From Nitrospirota bacterium (lineage in GTDB: Bacteria > Nitrospirota > UBA9217), in the NCBI GenBank assembly GCA_963840455.1, contig CAWIYV010000007.1:64001-128000 (forward strand): DNA of 64,000 nt, written 5' to 3'. Within the stretch, counting starts at the first letter, position 1. Every line of letters starts with the position of its first letter. The notes beneath the pieces were generated by a model, which made no database searches, was not told the origin of the DNA, and saw only the letters and a program-made list of their open reading frames with translations. Positions 51,211-61,169 of this stretch are shown piece after piece. The translations under genes were made by a program, and so were the position numbers.

Positions 51211-51642
51211 CCACAGACCGGCCATGTTCTTTACATGGCTTCCTTCCCAGTAGACACGGCCGCATCCCCTGCACTCGAAGAATGTCGTCACTGTTCTCAG
51301 CACATGCTCGGGAACCCGATCCCTTGCAATATCCCTGTCCAGCGGGGAAAGCTGCTGGTTGCAGACAGAACAGCGGGTCAGGAACCCTGCCGCGGGCAGG
51401 GAGAAAGCGTCGAGTACCTGCTGAACCTGGTCATCGACATGGTCGCTCTTGATCAGGATGTGGTTCCGGGCGAGGGGGCGGGCGGCAAGACCAGTGTCGC
51501 GGGTAAGGATGACACGGCCCTGCTCCAGGGCAAGGCGGAGGATCTCATTGTCCGCGAGGGTGTGGTCGTACAGCACATCAAAGCCGAGAAGACGGAGTCG
51601 CTTCGCGAGACTGCCCAGCATGGCATCGGCGATAAAGTTCAT
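51199..51642 (-). CDS. Mut7-C RNase (PIN-like) domain protein
   Basis: FIADAMLGSLAKRLRLLGFD, ILTRD, RCSVCN, CRGCGRVYWEGSH. Confidence 0.92.
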   Translation of the reverse strand: MNFIADAMLGSLAKRLRLLGFDVLYDHTLADNEILRLALEQGRVILTRDTGLAARPLARNHILIKSDHVDDQVQQVLDAFSLPAAGFLTRCSVCNQQLSPLDRDIARDRVPEHVLRTVTTFFECRGCGRVYWEGSHVKNMAGLWKRK

Positions 51643-51683
51643 ATGACCATTTTACCACAGAGGACGGACAGGAGAAGAGGTGG

Positions 51684-51796
51684 AGGATGCGGATCTGCGA
51701 GGATGAACGCGGATAGGGCAAAGAATATAAGCAGGGTATAACTATAATAAAAGAATTGGTTTTTAATCCGCGTCAATCAGATTTGATCCACGTTCC
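51684..51796. repeat. Degenerate ~9-bp-period inverted repeat (GATGAACGCGGAT type)
   Basis: GGATGCGGATCTGCGAGGATGAACGCGGAT ... ATCCGCGTCAATCAGATTTGATCCACGTTCC. Confidence 0.55.
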
Positions 51797-51813
51797 AAAT
51801 TAGCTCTTCCCGT

Positions 51814-54264
51814 TTATTCGAATCGTTTCAACCGTAGCGAGTTCGTCACCACGCTGACCGAGCTGAAGGCCATGGCGGCCGAGGCGTACATGGGGTTCAG
51901 CAGGCCAGCGGCGCCGAACACGGGATACAGGGCCCCGGCAGCAACGGGAATGCCGATGACATTATAGAAGAACGCCCAGAAAAGGTTCATCCTGATGGTC
52001 CTCATGGTCCGGCGGGACAACCGCATGGCCGTCGCCACTACGCGAAGATCGTCCTTGATCAGGGTGACGTCCGACGCCTCGATGGCAACGTCCGTGCCTG
52101 TGCCGATGGCGATGCCTACGTCTGCCTGGGTGAGGGCCGGTGCGTCATTGATGCCGTCCCCGACCATGGCGACCACGCGCCCCTCGGCCTGAAGCTTCTT
52201 CACCACGTCCATCTTGTCATGAGGAAGAACCTCGGCCAACACCCGGTCGATGCCCAGTTCCTTGGCGATGGCTTCGGCCGTTCGGCGGTTGTCGCCGGTC
52301 AGCATCACGACCTCGAGACCCAGCGCCTTGAGGCCGGCCACGGCCTCTTTCGAGTGCTCCTTCGGCGTGTCCGCAACAGCGATGATGCCCATGGCCCTTC
52401 CGTCGATTGCCACGAACATGGGCGTCTTGCCCTGCGAGGAGAGCCGTGCAGCTTCAGTGGAAAGGGGGCCGAGATCCACCTTCCGGTCCGCCATCAGTTT
52501 CTCGTTCCCCAGAGCGACCTCCCTGCCCATAACCACTGCCTTGATACCGTGGCCGGGAAGCGCCTCGAAATTATCAGACTGCTCGAGCGAGATGCCTTTG
52601 TCCTGAGCGCCCTGGACGATCGCCTCGCCCAGTGGATGCTCAGAGCCTTTTTCCGCTGAACCAGCGAAGAAAAGGATGTCCTTCTCGCTCGAACCATGGA
52701 CCACAACATCGGTCACTTTCGGTTCGCCGCGCGTGAGCGTGCCGGTCTTGTCCAGTACGATGGTGTCGATCTTCTGTGCCCGTTCGAGGCTTTCCGCGTT
52801 CTTGAACAGGATGCCCTGCTCGGCGCCTTTGCCGGTTCCGACCATGATTGCCGTGGGTGTGGCGAGACCCATTGCACAGGGGCAGGCGATGATGAGTACG
52901 GCGATGAAGTTCACGAAGGCAAAGGTGAACCTCGTCTCTGCAGCGCCGACGAAATACCAGATGAGGAACGTCACGATCCCGATGGAGATGACCGTGGGTA
53001 CGAAGATGCTCGAGATGTAGTCTGCCAGCCGCTGGATGGGCGCCTTGGACCCCTGCGCCTCCTGGACCATGCGGATGATCTGGGCCAGCATGGTGTCCTT
53101 GCCGACCTTGTTCGCTTCGAAGGTGAAGGACCCTGTCTTGTTGATGGTCGCACCGATGACCGTGTCACCCGTCTTCTTGTCGACGGGAAGGCTCTCGCCG
53201 GTAAGCATGGACTCATCGACAGACGAATACCCGTTCCGGATAATGCCGTCCACCGGGACCTTCTCGCCCGGCCGGACGATGATAAGGTCTCCTGCCTCCA
53301 CGTCCTCGATCGGGATGTCCTGTTCAACGCCTTCCCTGAGCACGCGGGCAGTGCGAGGCTGGAGGCCCATGAGTTTTTTGATGGCCTCACCTGCACGGCT
53401 CTTGGCTCGCGCTTCAAGAAATTTACCGAAGAGGATCAACGTGATGATCATCGTGGCCGTGTCATAGTAGGCGCCGCCGTGGGCAGCGTAATGACCCAGA
53501 AGGGCGGGGAAGAAGGTGAGCACGACGCTGTAACCATAGGCTGCAGAGGTACCGACGACCACGAGGGTGTTCATATTCGTGCTACCGTGTTTGAGCGAGG
53601 CCCAGGCGTTCTGGTAGAAGTGGCGGCCTGCCCAGAACTGGACCGGCGTGGCCAGAAGGAACAGAATGAACCACATGGTCTGGCGGGGGAATAACGACAG
53701 GCCCGGTACCATGTCCTGCATGCTGCCGATCATGACGAGCGCGGACAGGGTCGCGCTGACGACAAGCTTGGTCTTGAGCTCCCTGAGCTCACGTTCCCGC
53801 GCTTCCTTCTCTATGTCCAGGGCTGAGCGGCCCTCGACCTGCTCGGGTAGCCTGAATCCTTCGCGTTCGATAGCGCGGCGGATGTCACGGAGACCGATCT
53901 GGCCGGGGATGTATTCCACGTCCGCGGTCCCTGCAGTAGGGTTCACCGTGGCCCTGAGCACGCCGTCGATGGCGCCTGCGATACGCTCAAGCTCAGAAGA
54001 TCGCGACACGTCAAGGTCGATGACCGGGATGGTGACCGTCTCCGTGACCGCCTGGTAGCCGGACTCGTGAATGCTGGACACGAACTTCTCGAGACCGGTG
54101 ACAGAAGGGTCGTATTCGATGACCGCCTTCTCGTTCGCGTAGTTGACGTTCGTGCTCTGAACGCCCACGAGCTTCGAGATGTCCTTCTGGATCGCGGCTG
54201 CGCAGTTGACGCAGGTCATGCCTTTGACCGGGATGACGGCTTTCTTTGTTTCCATTGATTTCAT
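51814..54264 (-). CDS. copA: Copper-translocating P1B-type ATPase
   Basis: GMTCVNC metal-binding domain, [29 protein letters not shown]. Confidence 0.93.
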   Translation of the reverse strand: MKSMETKKAVIPVKGMTCVNCAAAIQKDISKLVGVQSTNVNYANEKAVIEYDPSVTGLEKFVSSIHESGYQAVTETVTIPVIDLDVSRSSELERIAGAIDGVLRATVNPTAGTADVEYIPGQIGLRDIRRAIEREGFRLPEQVEGRSALDIEKEARERELRELKTKLVVSATLSALVMIGSMQDMVPGLSLFPRQTMWFILFLLATPVQFWAGRHFYQNAWASLKHGSTNMNTLVVVGTSAAYGYSVVLTFFPALLGHYAAHGGAYYDTATMIITLILFGKFLEARAKSRAGEAIKKLMGLQPRTARVLREGVEQDIPIEDVEAGDLIIVRPGEKVPVDGIIRNGYSSVDESMLTGESLPVDKKTGDTVIGATINKTGSFTFEANKVGKDTMLAQIIRMVQEAQGSKAPIQRLADYISSIFVPTVISIGIVTFLIWYFVGAAETRFTFAFVNFIAVLIIACPCAMGLATPTAIMVGTGKGAEQGILFKNAESLERAQKIDTIVLDKTGTLTRGEPKVTDVVVHGSSEKDILFFAGSAEKGSEHPLGEAIVQGAQDKGISLEQSDNFEALPGHGIKAVVMGREVALGNEKLMADRKVDLGPLSTEAARLSSQGKTPMFVAIDGRAMGIIAVADTPKEHSKEAVAGLKALGLEVVMLTGDNRRTAEAIAKELGIDRVLAEVLPHDKMDVVKKLQAEGRVVAMVGDGINDAPALTQADVGIAIGTGTDVAIEASDVTLIKDDLRVVATAMRLSRRTMRTIRMNLFWAFFYNVIGIPVAAGALYPVFGAAGLLNPMYASAAMAFSSVSVVTNSLRLKRFE

Positions 54265-54413
54265 ATTACCACAAAGCAGCTTTTGGACAAAGGGTGAAGC
54301 GGCTGGAAATGCGGGAATAGAACAGGATTTGATTGCACGGAGAGAGCGAAAGATCGAAGAAACGGGGCTCGGCGTGTTCTTGTTAATCGACAGTAGGGCG
54401 CACTGGCAGGGCA

Positions 54414-55505
54414 CTACTTCCGCTTATAGAACGGCAGTGAAACGATCTTCGCCGCGATCTCCTGGTCCTTCACTTCGATCTCGATCTCCTGGCCGGGCTG
54501 GGCATAGCGGACGGACACGTAGCCGAGGCCGATGTCCTTGCGGCGATGAGGGGAGTGTACCGCGCTGGTAGCAATGCCGATCTCGCGGCTTTCGGAGAAT
54601 ATGGTGGCGCCAGGCTTGGGAAGGCCTTTGTCAAGCAGTTCATAGCCGACGATGGTTTCTTTGACGCCCTCGGTCCTGCGCTTCACGATGGTGTCCTTGC
54701 CAATGAAGTCCTTTTTCAGGTCAACGACTGCCATGAGGCCAGCCTCGATGGGGGTGCGGTTCTCGTCGATGTCGTTCCCGTAGATGACGTAACCTGCTTC
54801 GAGTCGCAGCATGTCCCGGCAGGTCATGCCGCAGGGGAGGAGGCCTGTGTCTTTACCAGCCGCCAGAATTGCAGTCCAGAGGCTTGCTGCCTGGCCTGCC
54901 GGCAGGAAGATCTCGTAACCCCGCTCTCCCGTGAGTCCGGTCCGTGAGACCGTGACGGGTATGCCTGCCAGTGTGATCGTTTTGGCCTGTTTCTGCCTGA
55001 TCTTCTTGAAGTGTTCTCCGGCCACAGATTCCAGCAGCGCGTCGGCCTTGGGGCCTTGCAGGGCGAACTGTGCGAGCGCTCCTGACAGGTCCGTCACCTG
55101 GACGTTCTTGCCGGCGTGGTTCTCGATCCACTTCAGGAGCTTTTCCGTACAAACAGCGTTCGTCGTGACAAGGAACCGCTTGCCCGGCTGAGCTGGCGGA
55201 AGCTTGAAAACGATGGCATTATCCAGGATGCGGCCGGACTCGTTGCAGAAGAGGCCGTACTGGGCCGAGCCGTCGGTGAGCTTGGTCACGTTGCGGGTGA
55301 AAAGCGACTGGAGCAAAGACTCGGCGCCGGCGCCCGAGACCTCGATCCTGCCGAGGAAGCCTACATCGAACAGGCCCGCGGCGGCGCGGACAGCGTGGTG
55401 CTCGTCAGCAGGGTCCCCGAACTGGACAGGCATCATCCAGCCCTGGAACTCGGCCATTTTCGCAGCACACTGGCTATGGATGGAGTGCAGCGCGGTCTGT
55501 TTCAT
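54414..55505 (-). CDS. gcvT: Glycine cleavage system aminomethyltransferase T
   Basis: [41 protein letters not shown]. Confidence 0.88.
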   Translation of the reverse strand: MKQTALHSIHSQCAAKMAEFQGWMMPVQFGDPADEHHAVRAAAGLFDVGFLGRIEVSGAGAESLLQSLFTRNVTKLTDGSAQYGLFCNESGRILDNAIVFKLPPAQPGKRFLVTTNAVCTEKLLKWIENHAGKNVQVTDLSGALAQFALQGPKADALLESVAGEHFKKIRQKQAKTITLAGIPVTVSRTGLTGERGYEIFLPAGQAASLWTAILAAGKDTGLLPCGMTCRDMLRLEAGYVIYGNDIDENRTPIEAGLMAVVDLKKDFIGKDTIVKRRTEGVKETIVGYELLDKGLPKPGATIFSESREIGIATSAVHSPHRRKDIGLGYVSVRYAQPGQEIEIEVKDQEIAAKIVSLPFYKRK

Positions 55506-55559
55506 CGATCTCTCCGATCACCGTACGGGTAATGTCAACCGGCTCAGGAACAGGGGGGG

Positions 55560-56624
55560 TCAATCCTTGATTCTGAAGCGCTCCGGGTCCCGCTTCGGGT
55601 CGGAGAGATGATGGAGGTCCTGGGGCTTGAACGCGCCTTTCTCGGTGATGATCGCCGTGATGTACCGGGCAGGGGTGATGTCGAACGCCGGGTTCAGCAC
55701 GTTCACGCCATCCGGGGCGATCTGCGTCTTGCCGAGCACGTGGGTCACCTCGCGCGGGTCCCGCTCCTCAATGGGGATGTCGAAGCCCGTCGCCGTATCG
55801 TAATCGACGGTCGAGAAGGGGGCCGCGACATAGAAGGGGATGCCGTGCTCCTTGCACAGCACCGCCAGGGGATAGGTGCCGATCTTGTTGGCAACGTCGC
55901 CGTTCCGGGCAATGCGGTCGGCGCCGACGATGGCAACATCGACCATATCGCGGTACAGGAGGTAGCCGGCCATGCTGTCGGTCACGAGCGTGCACGGGAT
56001 CTTCTCCTCCATGAGCTCCCACGCTGTGAGACGCGCGCCCTGGAGCACGGGCCGGGTCTCGTCGATGTAGACGTGGATCTTCTTGCCTTCCTCGACTGCC
56101 GCGCGCATCACGCCCTCGGCCGTTCCGTAGCCCGCCGTGGCGATGGAGCCAGCATTGCAGTGCGTGATGATGTTGTCCTCGTCGGCAATGAAGGCTGCGC
56201 CGAAGGCCCCGATGCGCTTGTTCGTTGCGATGTCCTCATCGAGCATCTTCTGCGATTCCTTCACGAGCAGCTCGCGGATGGCGTCGAGAGGCAGCTCCTT
56301 GTTCTTCTGGACGAACGATTTGATCCGCTCGATGGCCCAGAAGAGGTTCACCGCCGTGGGACGGGTAGCGGCCATTTCGCCGCAGATGGCCTCGAACTTC
56401 GGCCAGAAGTCATCGAAGCCAGATGCCTCGACCTGCTTAGCGCCGAGGGCCAGGCCCATGGCGGCCGAGACGCCGATGGCCGGAGCGCCTCGCACCCAGA
56501 GCTCTTTGATGCCGCGTGCGACAGTCTGGTAGTCCCTGCATTCCTGGTAAACCGTCTCGAAGGGGAGTTTTGTCTGGTCAAGCATCATAACGATGCCGTT
56601 CTTCCACTCTACCGTGGGGATCAT
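55560..56624 (-). CDS. mtnA: S-methyl-5-thioribose-1-phosphate isomerase
   Basis: VRGAPAIG, RPTAVNL, THCNAG, ETRPVLQGARLT, GADRIA, NKIGTY, NPAFDITP. Confidence 0.95.
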   Translation of the reverse strand: MIPTVEWKNGIVMMLDQTKLPFETVYQECRDYQTVARGIKELWVRGAPAIGVSAAMGLALGAKQVEASGFDDFWPKFEAICGEMAATRPTAVNLFWAIERIKSFVQKNKELPLDAIRELLVKESQKMLDEDIATNKRIGAFGAAFIADEDNIITHCNAGSIATAGYGTAEGVMRAAVEEGKKIHVYIDETRPVLQGARLTAWELMEEKIPCTLVTDSMAGYLLYRDMVDVAIVGADRIARNGDVANKIGTYPLAVLCKEHGIPFYVAAPFSTVDYDTATGFDIPIEERDPREVTHVLGKTQIAPDGVNVLNPAFDITPARYITAIITEKGAFKPQDLHHLSDPKRDPERFRIKD

Positions 56625-56666
56625 GAAGGGTCTCCTTTTGGGGATATGAACCGGTTCCGATGTACT

Positions 56667-56695
56667 ACTATAAAGGATGCAAGCGTGGTTGTCAA
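56667..56695 (-). promoter_or_regulatory. Sigma70-like promoter of mtnA
   Basis: Minus strand TTGACA-17 bp-TATAGT. Confidence 0.6.
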
Positions 56696-56735
56696 AAAAA
56701 ATCGGGGAAAACGCCGATAAAAAGGCGCCCGGTGC

Positions 56736-57644
56736 TTAGGAACAGCGCTGGACCGCCAGCGTCCCCGAGCGGCCGTCCACGATACCCTCCGCCAGGTCGC
56801 ATATGGGCAGGGACGAGGGGTCCTGCAGGAGGCCTAGGACGACGTCGCGCAGCAGCATGGACCGGACACCGCGGGCCTTCGCCTGCCCCAGGAAACGGCG
56901 GAACAGGGAGAGGTATTTCATACCCTCGAGCTCGGCATGGATGGTCAGTACGTTCGGTATGCCGGGCTTGAGCAGGGAAAGATAGTGATCAACGAGACGC
57001 TCCTCGGGATACTCGGGTCTGCCCAGGAGCTCGTCCAACGTCGGCAAGGTGGTCGGGACCTGCAGGGTCTTGAAGGTCCGGCCGCCGCATTGCGGAAAGA
57101 ACGGGTGGGTCCCCCGTGCATCGCTGGCGTAGAGCAGGCCCGCCTCATCATATACGCCGAGGCTCAGCGCGTTGGCCTGCCAGCCTGCTGCGCCCGCTGT
57201 CCGGGCCGGCTCGCCGAAGATGCGCTCGAACTCCTTCCGGGCCTTCCCGAACTCTTCCCGAACTTCGTTCTCGCTCATGTTTACGAGCCCGTCCTGCCAG
57301 CGTATGTGGTCGTAGCAGTGGATGCCCGGTTCGTGGCCCCTGTCCCGGACCTGCCGCATGACGGCCTCGTTCCGCCTGCCTATGTGCGGCCCGGGGAGCA
57401 GCACGCCATTCAGGAGGGTGCGTATGCCGTAGACGCTGACCACGCTGGTCCGCGAGACCTTGGCGAAGAACCCGGGACGGAAGATGCGCTTGATGGCCCT
57501 GCCCGTGTTGTCCGGGCCGAGGGAGAACAGGAAGGTCGCCTTGACGCCGAAATCATCGAAGAGCGACAGGAGGTTCGGCACGCCGATGCGCGTGCCGCGG
57601 TCGGTGTCGATGTCGATCTTGATGGAGAGGAGGGGACTAGTCAT
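56736..57644 (-). CDS. arnD: Undecaprenyl-P-Ara4FN deformylase (polysaccharide deacetylase fold)
   Basis: KIDIDTDRGT, FSLGPDNTGRA, DHIRWQD, PTTLPTLDE, TIHAELEG, GRSG. Confidence 0.9.
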   Translation of the reverse strand: MTSPLLSIKIDIDTDRGTRIGVPNLLSLFDDFGVKATFLFSLGPDNTGRAIKRIFRPGFFAKVSRTSVVSVYGIRTLLNGVLLPGPHIGRRNEAVMRQVRDRGHEPGIHCYDHIRWQDGLVNMSENEVREEFGKARKEFERIFGEPARTAGAAGWQANALSLGVYDEAGLLYASDARGTHPFFPQCGGRTFKTLQVPTTLPTLDELLGRPEYPEERLVDHYLSLLKPGIPNVLTIHAELEGMKYLSLFRRFLGQAKARGVRSMLLRDVVLGLLQDPSSLPICDLAEGIVDGRSGTLAVQRCS

Positions 57645-57654
57645 TGTGTTTACT

Positions 57655-57713
57655 GGTTAACGCGCGCCTGACGCGCCGCTTTTGGCGCGTTGCTGTCGAG
57701 GCGCAGGTTGGGA
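57655..57713 (-). other. Integron attC site (higBA cassette; last in the array)
   Basis: Minus strand TCCCAAC...GTTAACC, 59 bp, internal stem ACGCGCC/GGCGCGT. Confidence 0.8.
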
Positions 57714-57735
57714 CATTTGCATGGATAGAGACGGC

Positions 57736-58068
57736 TTAGATGTGAGCTAAGGCAGGTAATCTTTTTATCTTCTTTATCTCTTTTGCAGTTGATGAGTGGG
57801 TTACATGATATAAATCCCAAGCCAGCTGCAAATTAAGCCAAAACTGCGCCTCCATGCCAAATAATTTCTCCAGACGAAGTGCTGTGTCAGGAGTGATTCC
57901 TCGCTTCGCATGAATCAGTTCATTAACGCGAGGGTATGAAACTCCGAGCTTTTCCGCCAACTCGCTCTGTGTTATTTTCAGAGGCTTGAGAAACTCCTCC
58001 AACAACATTTCGCCGGGGTGCGTCGGCGGACCATATTTAGGTATACGTACCATCTTCTTCTCCTTCAC
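57736..58068 (-). CDS. higA: HigA antitoxin
   Basis: HPGEMLLEEFL, HTH, TALRL, FWLNLQ. Confidence 0.95.
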   Translation of the reverse strand: MKEKKMVRIPKYGPPTHPGEMLLEEFLKPLKITQSELAEKLGVSYPRVNELIHAKRGITPDTALRLEKLFGMEAQFWLNLQLAWDLYHVTHSSTAKEIKKIKRLPALAHI

Positions 58069-58071
58069 TCG

Positions 58072-58365
58072 TCAGTGGTAATCGGTGATTTCTACGTTTT
58101 CCACGCCATCATCCGTCCACACAAAACAAACGCGGAACTGATCGTTAATCCGTATGCTATGCTGACCCTTCCGATCATGTTTAAGGGCTTCCAGTAAATT
58201 CCCCGGTGGAATTTTCAAGGATTCCAGGGAAACAACTCCATTTAGCTGATCAAGTTTTCGCTGTGCTATACGCCAGATTTGCTGCGGACAGGTTTCTCTA
58301 GCTTCTTTGGTGTTTCTTCTGTCAAAGATGTCCTCAGTGCCCTTGTCGCGAAACGATTTTATCAC
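58072..58365 (-). CDS. higB: HigB (RelE/ParE family) toxin
   Basis: IKSFRDKGTE, PPGN.LEAL, GQHSIRINDQFRVCF, VEITDYH. Confidence 0.95.
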   Translation of the reverse strand: MIKSFRDKGTEDIFDRRNTKEARETCPQQIWRIAQRKLDQLNGVVSLESLKIPPGNLLEALKHDRKGQHSIRINDQFRVCFVWTDDGVENVEITDYH

Positions 58366-58402
58366 CAGGCGTCCCCATCGGCTTAATCCATCACTACGAT
58401 AG

Positions 58403-58431
58403 ATTATAACGGATACCGTTATATATGGCAA
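58403..58431 (-). promoter_or_regulatory. higBA promoter with overlapping palindromic operator
   Basis: TTGCCA-17 bp-TATAAT; palindrome TATAACGGATACCGTTATA (58405-58423). Confidence 0.8.
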
Positions 58432-58445
58432 CAGCTATTTGACTG

Positions 58446-58679
58446 TCATAACCGGCATCTTACTGCACCAAAGATAATACCGAAACCGCCACAAAACAAG
58501 CAGGTTAGTAATGGCGGTGGACCGGCATAAGGATTCGATGCAACATTCATGGCACCAACCTGAATGAGTCGAAGCCAGGCGCCCCCAAAAAATAATGCAA
58601 AGCCAATCAGGGCAAAAAGAAACATCCGCAAATACAATTGTGTTCTCGATTTGGATTCGGAATTATTGTCGCTCGTCAT
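58446..58679 (-). CDS. Small two-TM hypothetical cassette protein, possibly truncated
   Basis: GAGG RBS after attC 58696; hydrophobic ORF ending at the GTTATGA junction. Confidence 0.55.
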   Translation of the reverse strand: MTSDNNSESKSRTQLYLRMFLFALIGFALFFGGAWLRLIQVGAMNVASNPYAGPPPLLTCLFCGGFGIIFGAVRCRL

Positions 58680-58695
58680 GAATGTACCTCGCACA

Positions 58696-58753
58696 ATACA
58701 ACGACAGTGCTCACTTGCGTGTGCAGCATGTCAGGTGGAGCACATTGTTAGAC
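58696..58753 (-). other. Integron attC site (PNPOx-like cassette)
   Basis: Minus strand GTCTAAC...GTTGTAT, 58 bp; stem GTGCTC/GAGCAC; R'' is complementary to the cassette start GTTAGAC. Confidence 0.85.
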
Positions 58754-58830
58754 AGTTTCGTTTTGAGGCTACGATTGTCACATGCTTGCCAAAGACATGA
58801 ACCTGCAACGTATAGACTTTTCACTCTCCT

Positions 58831-59202
58831 TTACCAGGTTTGAGTAGCAGAATCGATGGTAACGGCTAAGGTGGCTCGCAGCCAATTGAACTTTGCTTTC
58901 ATGAAATCAAAATCAGGTCCGGATGTGATGAAGGTCGCCTTTCCCTTGATCAAAAACCCGGCACCTGCCCCGTGCAAGCCCTTAACCTTGCTGCTTCCCA
59001 GCGTAATCAACACATTCGGGTTGTGGGCAATGTTAGCCTCTGTCCTATGCATGTAACCCGCAGGAATAAACAATCGTCCGTCTGACGATATTCTGATGTA
59101 GCTATTCCAGGTGTTGACCATATGCGGCCCATCCTTTCCCAATGTCGCAATGGCAACAACCCCATCTTGTTTCATAATTTCCAGCAGTTTTTCCGGGATC
59201 AT
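58831..59202 (-). CDS. Pyridoxamine 5'-phosphate oxidase-like FMN-binding protein (cassette)
   Basis: GVVAIAT, PHMVNTWNSY, TEAN, GAGFLIKG; AGGAGG RBS. Confidence 0.85.
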   Translation of the reverse strand: MIPEKLLEIMKQDGVVAIATLGKDGPHMVNTWNSYIRISSDGRLFIPAGYMHRTEANIAHNPNVLITLGSSKVKGLHGAGAGFLIKGKATFITSGPDFDFMKAKFNWLRATLAVTIDSATQTW

Positions 59203-59244
59203 CGTGATACCTCCTATTGTTTCTATTGTTTGGCTCGTTGTTCT

Positions 59245-59316
59245 GTCTAACGTTTGATATGAGGGGTGCACAAAAGGCGCAGCCTTTTGGGCATCCCCTC
59301 GATGGAAGGGCTAGGC
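59245..59316 (-). other. Integron attC site (DUF1428 cassette)
   Basis: Minus strand GCCTAGC...GTTAGAC, 72 bp; strong stem GAGGGGTGC-CAAAAGGC / GCCTTTTG-GCATCCCCTC; the gene's stop codon lies in R''. Confidence 0.85.
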
Positions 59317-59718
59317 ATCGCCCGCGGCGTCGAGCATGGGTTTGAATCCGGCGGCAATAAGGCGTCTCCCGTCGAAGGTAGGTGGCTGATGCGCAAACTG
59401 CATGCGTGGATCACTCGTAAGATTCTCCATGCCTGCGTCTCTCGTGGCCTTATCTGGCCACTCTACGAACGACATCACGACGGTTTCGCCCTTACGTGCT
59501 CCTGCAGCTTGAACGAAGGTCCCATACTGTTTGGACTCCTGTCTTGCGTCGGTCGCATGGTACGACGAGGCTTCTGGTCCAGAGTCATCCAGCCAGCACT
59601 CGACCACGCGCGTTGCACCGTACTCTCGTAGTACCTCAGCAGAGATACGCGCCAGTTCCTCGTAGGCTGTTCTGTTCTCGATTGGAACTGGTGCGAGGTA
59701 GCAGTCAATGTAGGACAT
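59311..59718 (-). CDS. DUF1428 (YbaA-like) protein (cassette)
   Basis: MSYID...VP, YGATRVVECW, ETVVMSFVEWPDKATRD, FDGRRLIAAGF. Confidence 0.88.
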   Translation of the reverse strand: MSYIDCYLAPVPIENRTAYEELARISAEVLREYGATRVVECWLDDSGPEASSYHATDARQESKQYGTFVQAAGARKGETVVMSFVEWPDKATRDAGMENLTSDPRMQFAHQPPTFDGRRLIAAGFKPMLDAAGDA

Positions 59719-59738
59719 GCGCTGTCTCCTGATGCGAG

Positions 59739-59796
59739 GCCTAACGCGCGCGTGAGGAGCGTGCTTTTCGCGACTCACTCGACGCGCTGGTTGGAC
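59739..59796 (-). other. Integron attC site (first cassette)
   Basis: Minus strand GTCCAAC...GTTAGGC, 58 bp, canonical RYYYAAC/GTTRRRY with GCGCGT-GAG stem. Confidence 0.9.
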
Positions 59797-59803
59797 GGAA
59801 TGT

Positions 59804-60346
59804 TCAATCGACGTAGTAGAACCACCCAACTGATGAAACGATAGAATTGTTGAATTGTATCTTGACGATGTCCTCTCCAGGATCATCGACATTATATACG
59901 GGTATATATTTGAAGATGGCCCCATCCACACTAGTCGGATCTCCGAACTTTTCCTTTATTGTTTTCTCGTCCTGGCCAATAAGTTCTGGCAACAGACCTG
60001 GTCGATTTTCTGTGAGGCGGACGGTAAGTAACATTTCTTTTTTGAAGGAAGGGACATCATAGATGCGTACGACAAGCCCTTTATATGTAAGGGTATGGAT
60101 TTGATCGATTTGTTTAGGATTGTGACGGTTTGTAAGTTGCTCTGTGCTTATAATAGAAGGAGGGCCGAGCTTGGATTGAACTGAACTGGGGCTTTCTCCG
60201 AGATTCTTCATGGGAGCGCTAATCAACTCATTAATGTGCTTAATGAACGCAGCTTTTCTTTCCGCTGGTGTCTCTCGGTGACATGAAATCACGGATAGAA
60301 TGTAGAGTATCAACAGACAAGTAGATAGATATTTGCTTTTGTTCAT
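59804..60346 (-). CDS. Hypothetical lipoprotein (first cassette)
   Basis: Signal peptide ending VISC; two similar LG.P / FG.P segments. Confidence 0.75.
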   Translation of the reverse strand: MNKSKYLSTCLLILYILSVISCHRETPAERKAAFIKHINELISAPMKNLGESPSSVQSKLGPPSIISTEQLTNRHNPKQIDQIHTLTYKGLVVRIYDVPSFKKEMLLTVRLTENRPGLLPELIGQDEKTIKEKFGDPTSVDGAIFKYIPVYNVDDPGEDIVKIQFNNSIVSSVGWFYYVD

Positions 60347-60359
60347 CGTAATTATCACA

Positions 60360-60380
60360 GTACAACCAGTTATTATCTGT
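60360..60380 (-). other. Putative attI (crossover G|TTGTAC at 60366)
   Basis: GTTGTAC lies 14 bp before the first cassette ATG and matches that cassette's R'' (GTCCAAC) at 6 of 7 positions. Confidence 0.65.
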
Positions 60381-60387
60381 GGGACTT

Positions 60388-60416
60388 ATCGTAGCATAGA
60401 CTAGCCGCTCGGTCAA
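60388..60416 (-). promoter_or_regulatory. Putative cassette promoter Pc
   Basis: Minus strand TTGACC-17 bp-TACGAT with TG extension, pointing into the array. Confidence 0.6.
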
Positions 60417-61084
60417 CGAAGTAGGAAATAATTGAGGGCCTATTAAATTGATTTTATTACATTTGGGTCAAACGGCTAACATGCACTTTATGGAATATCT
60501 GAAAATCCGAAATAACATGCAAATTCGGAATATCCTTTTGAGGGGGGATAACAGCATGGAGCCCATCCCGAATGACATTCTGACGCAGTTTAATGCAGTA
60601 TTGGCTCTAAAAGCCGTTCCGTCGGCATCGCACGACGATTACCGGAAGTGGTTGCGCTATTTTCTTGATTACCGGCTCAAGTATCCTCCACCGGAGCAGA
60701 GATCGGAGCAGGTACGATTGTTCATCGAGAAGCTCCGCTCGAAAGGCGAGTCCGGCAGGTCCCTAAACGACGCTGCGCATGCTCTCTCGCTCTTCTTCGC
60801 GCTGCGATCGCCACAGGCCGGAACAACTGCTCTCGCAGGGGATCAGATGCGGTCGCTTGGCATCGCCGAGATATCGTCGGTTGCGCGCGGCGTTCCATTG
60901 GCAAAGCAGGGTGCGCGGGAAGTCGATTCCGGCGGGTATGTCGCGGCAGCGGCAGGAAAGATGCCGCAAAACAGGGGCGGCAGGAAATATAACGAGTGGT
61001 GGTCCCTGGAAAGGGCAAGATCGCCTGAATGGGATGCTGTCGTCATCGATAGGCTGGCAGGAGAGATCAAAGCGCGGCACTATT

Positions 61085-61169
61085 TAAGCTCCAAAATGAA
61101 AGAGCATAGAGCTTCGATTCTCAAGGTGTAAGCATAATCGTATCCGCTCGCTCCGCTCACTCCAGAATT
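61085..61169 (+). mobile_element. TT|C-inserting hairpin element (85 bp) inside intI
   Basis: CACTATT|TAAGCTCC...CTCCAGAATT|CGCGTAAG; removal gives CAC TAT TCG CGT AAG (HYSRK). Confidence 0.85.

Noticed and set aside
20251-56720. Long antisense ORFs (e.g. 25176-26414, 31913-33400, 33654-35021, 41484-42986, 55608-56720)
   Set aside because: They shadow recognised genes on the opposite strand, as expected from high-GC codon bias, and show no motifs.
60490-60535. LexA box upstream of intI (TCCGAA...TTCGGA inverted repeat)
   Set aside because: Matches no SOS box I know and no similar motif was seen before lexA.
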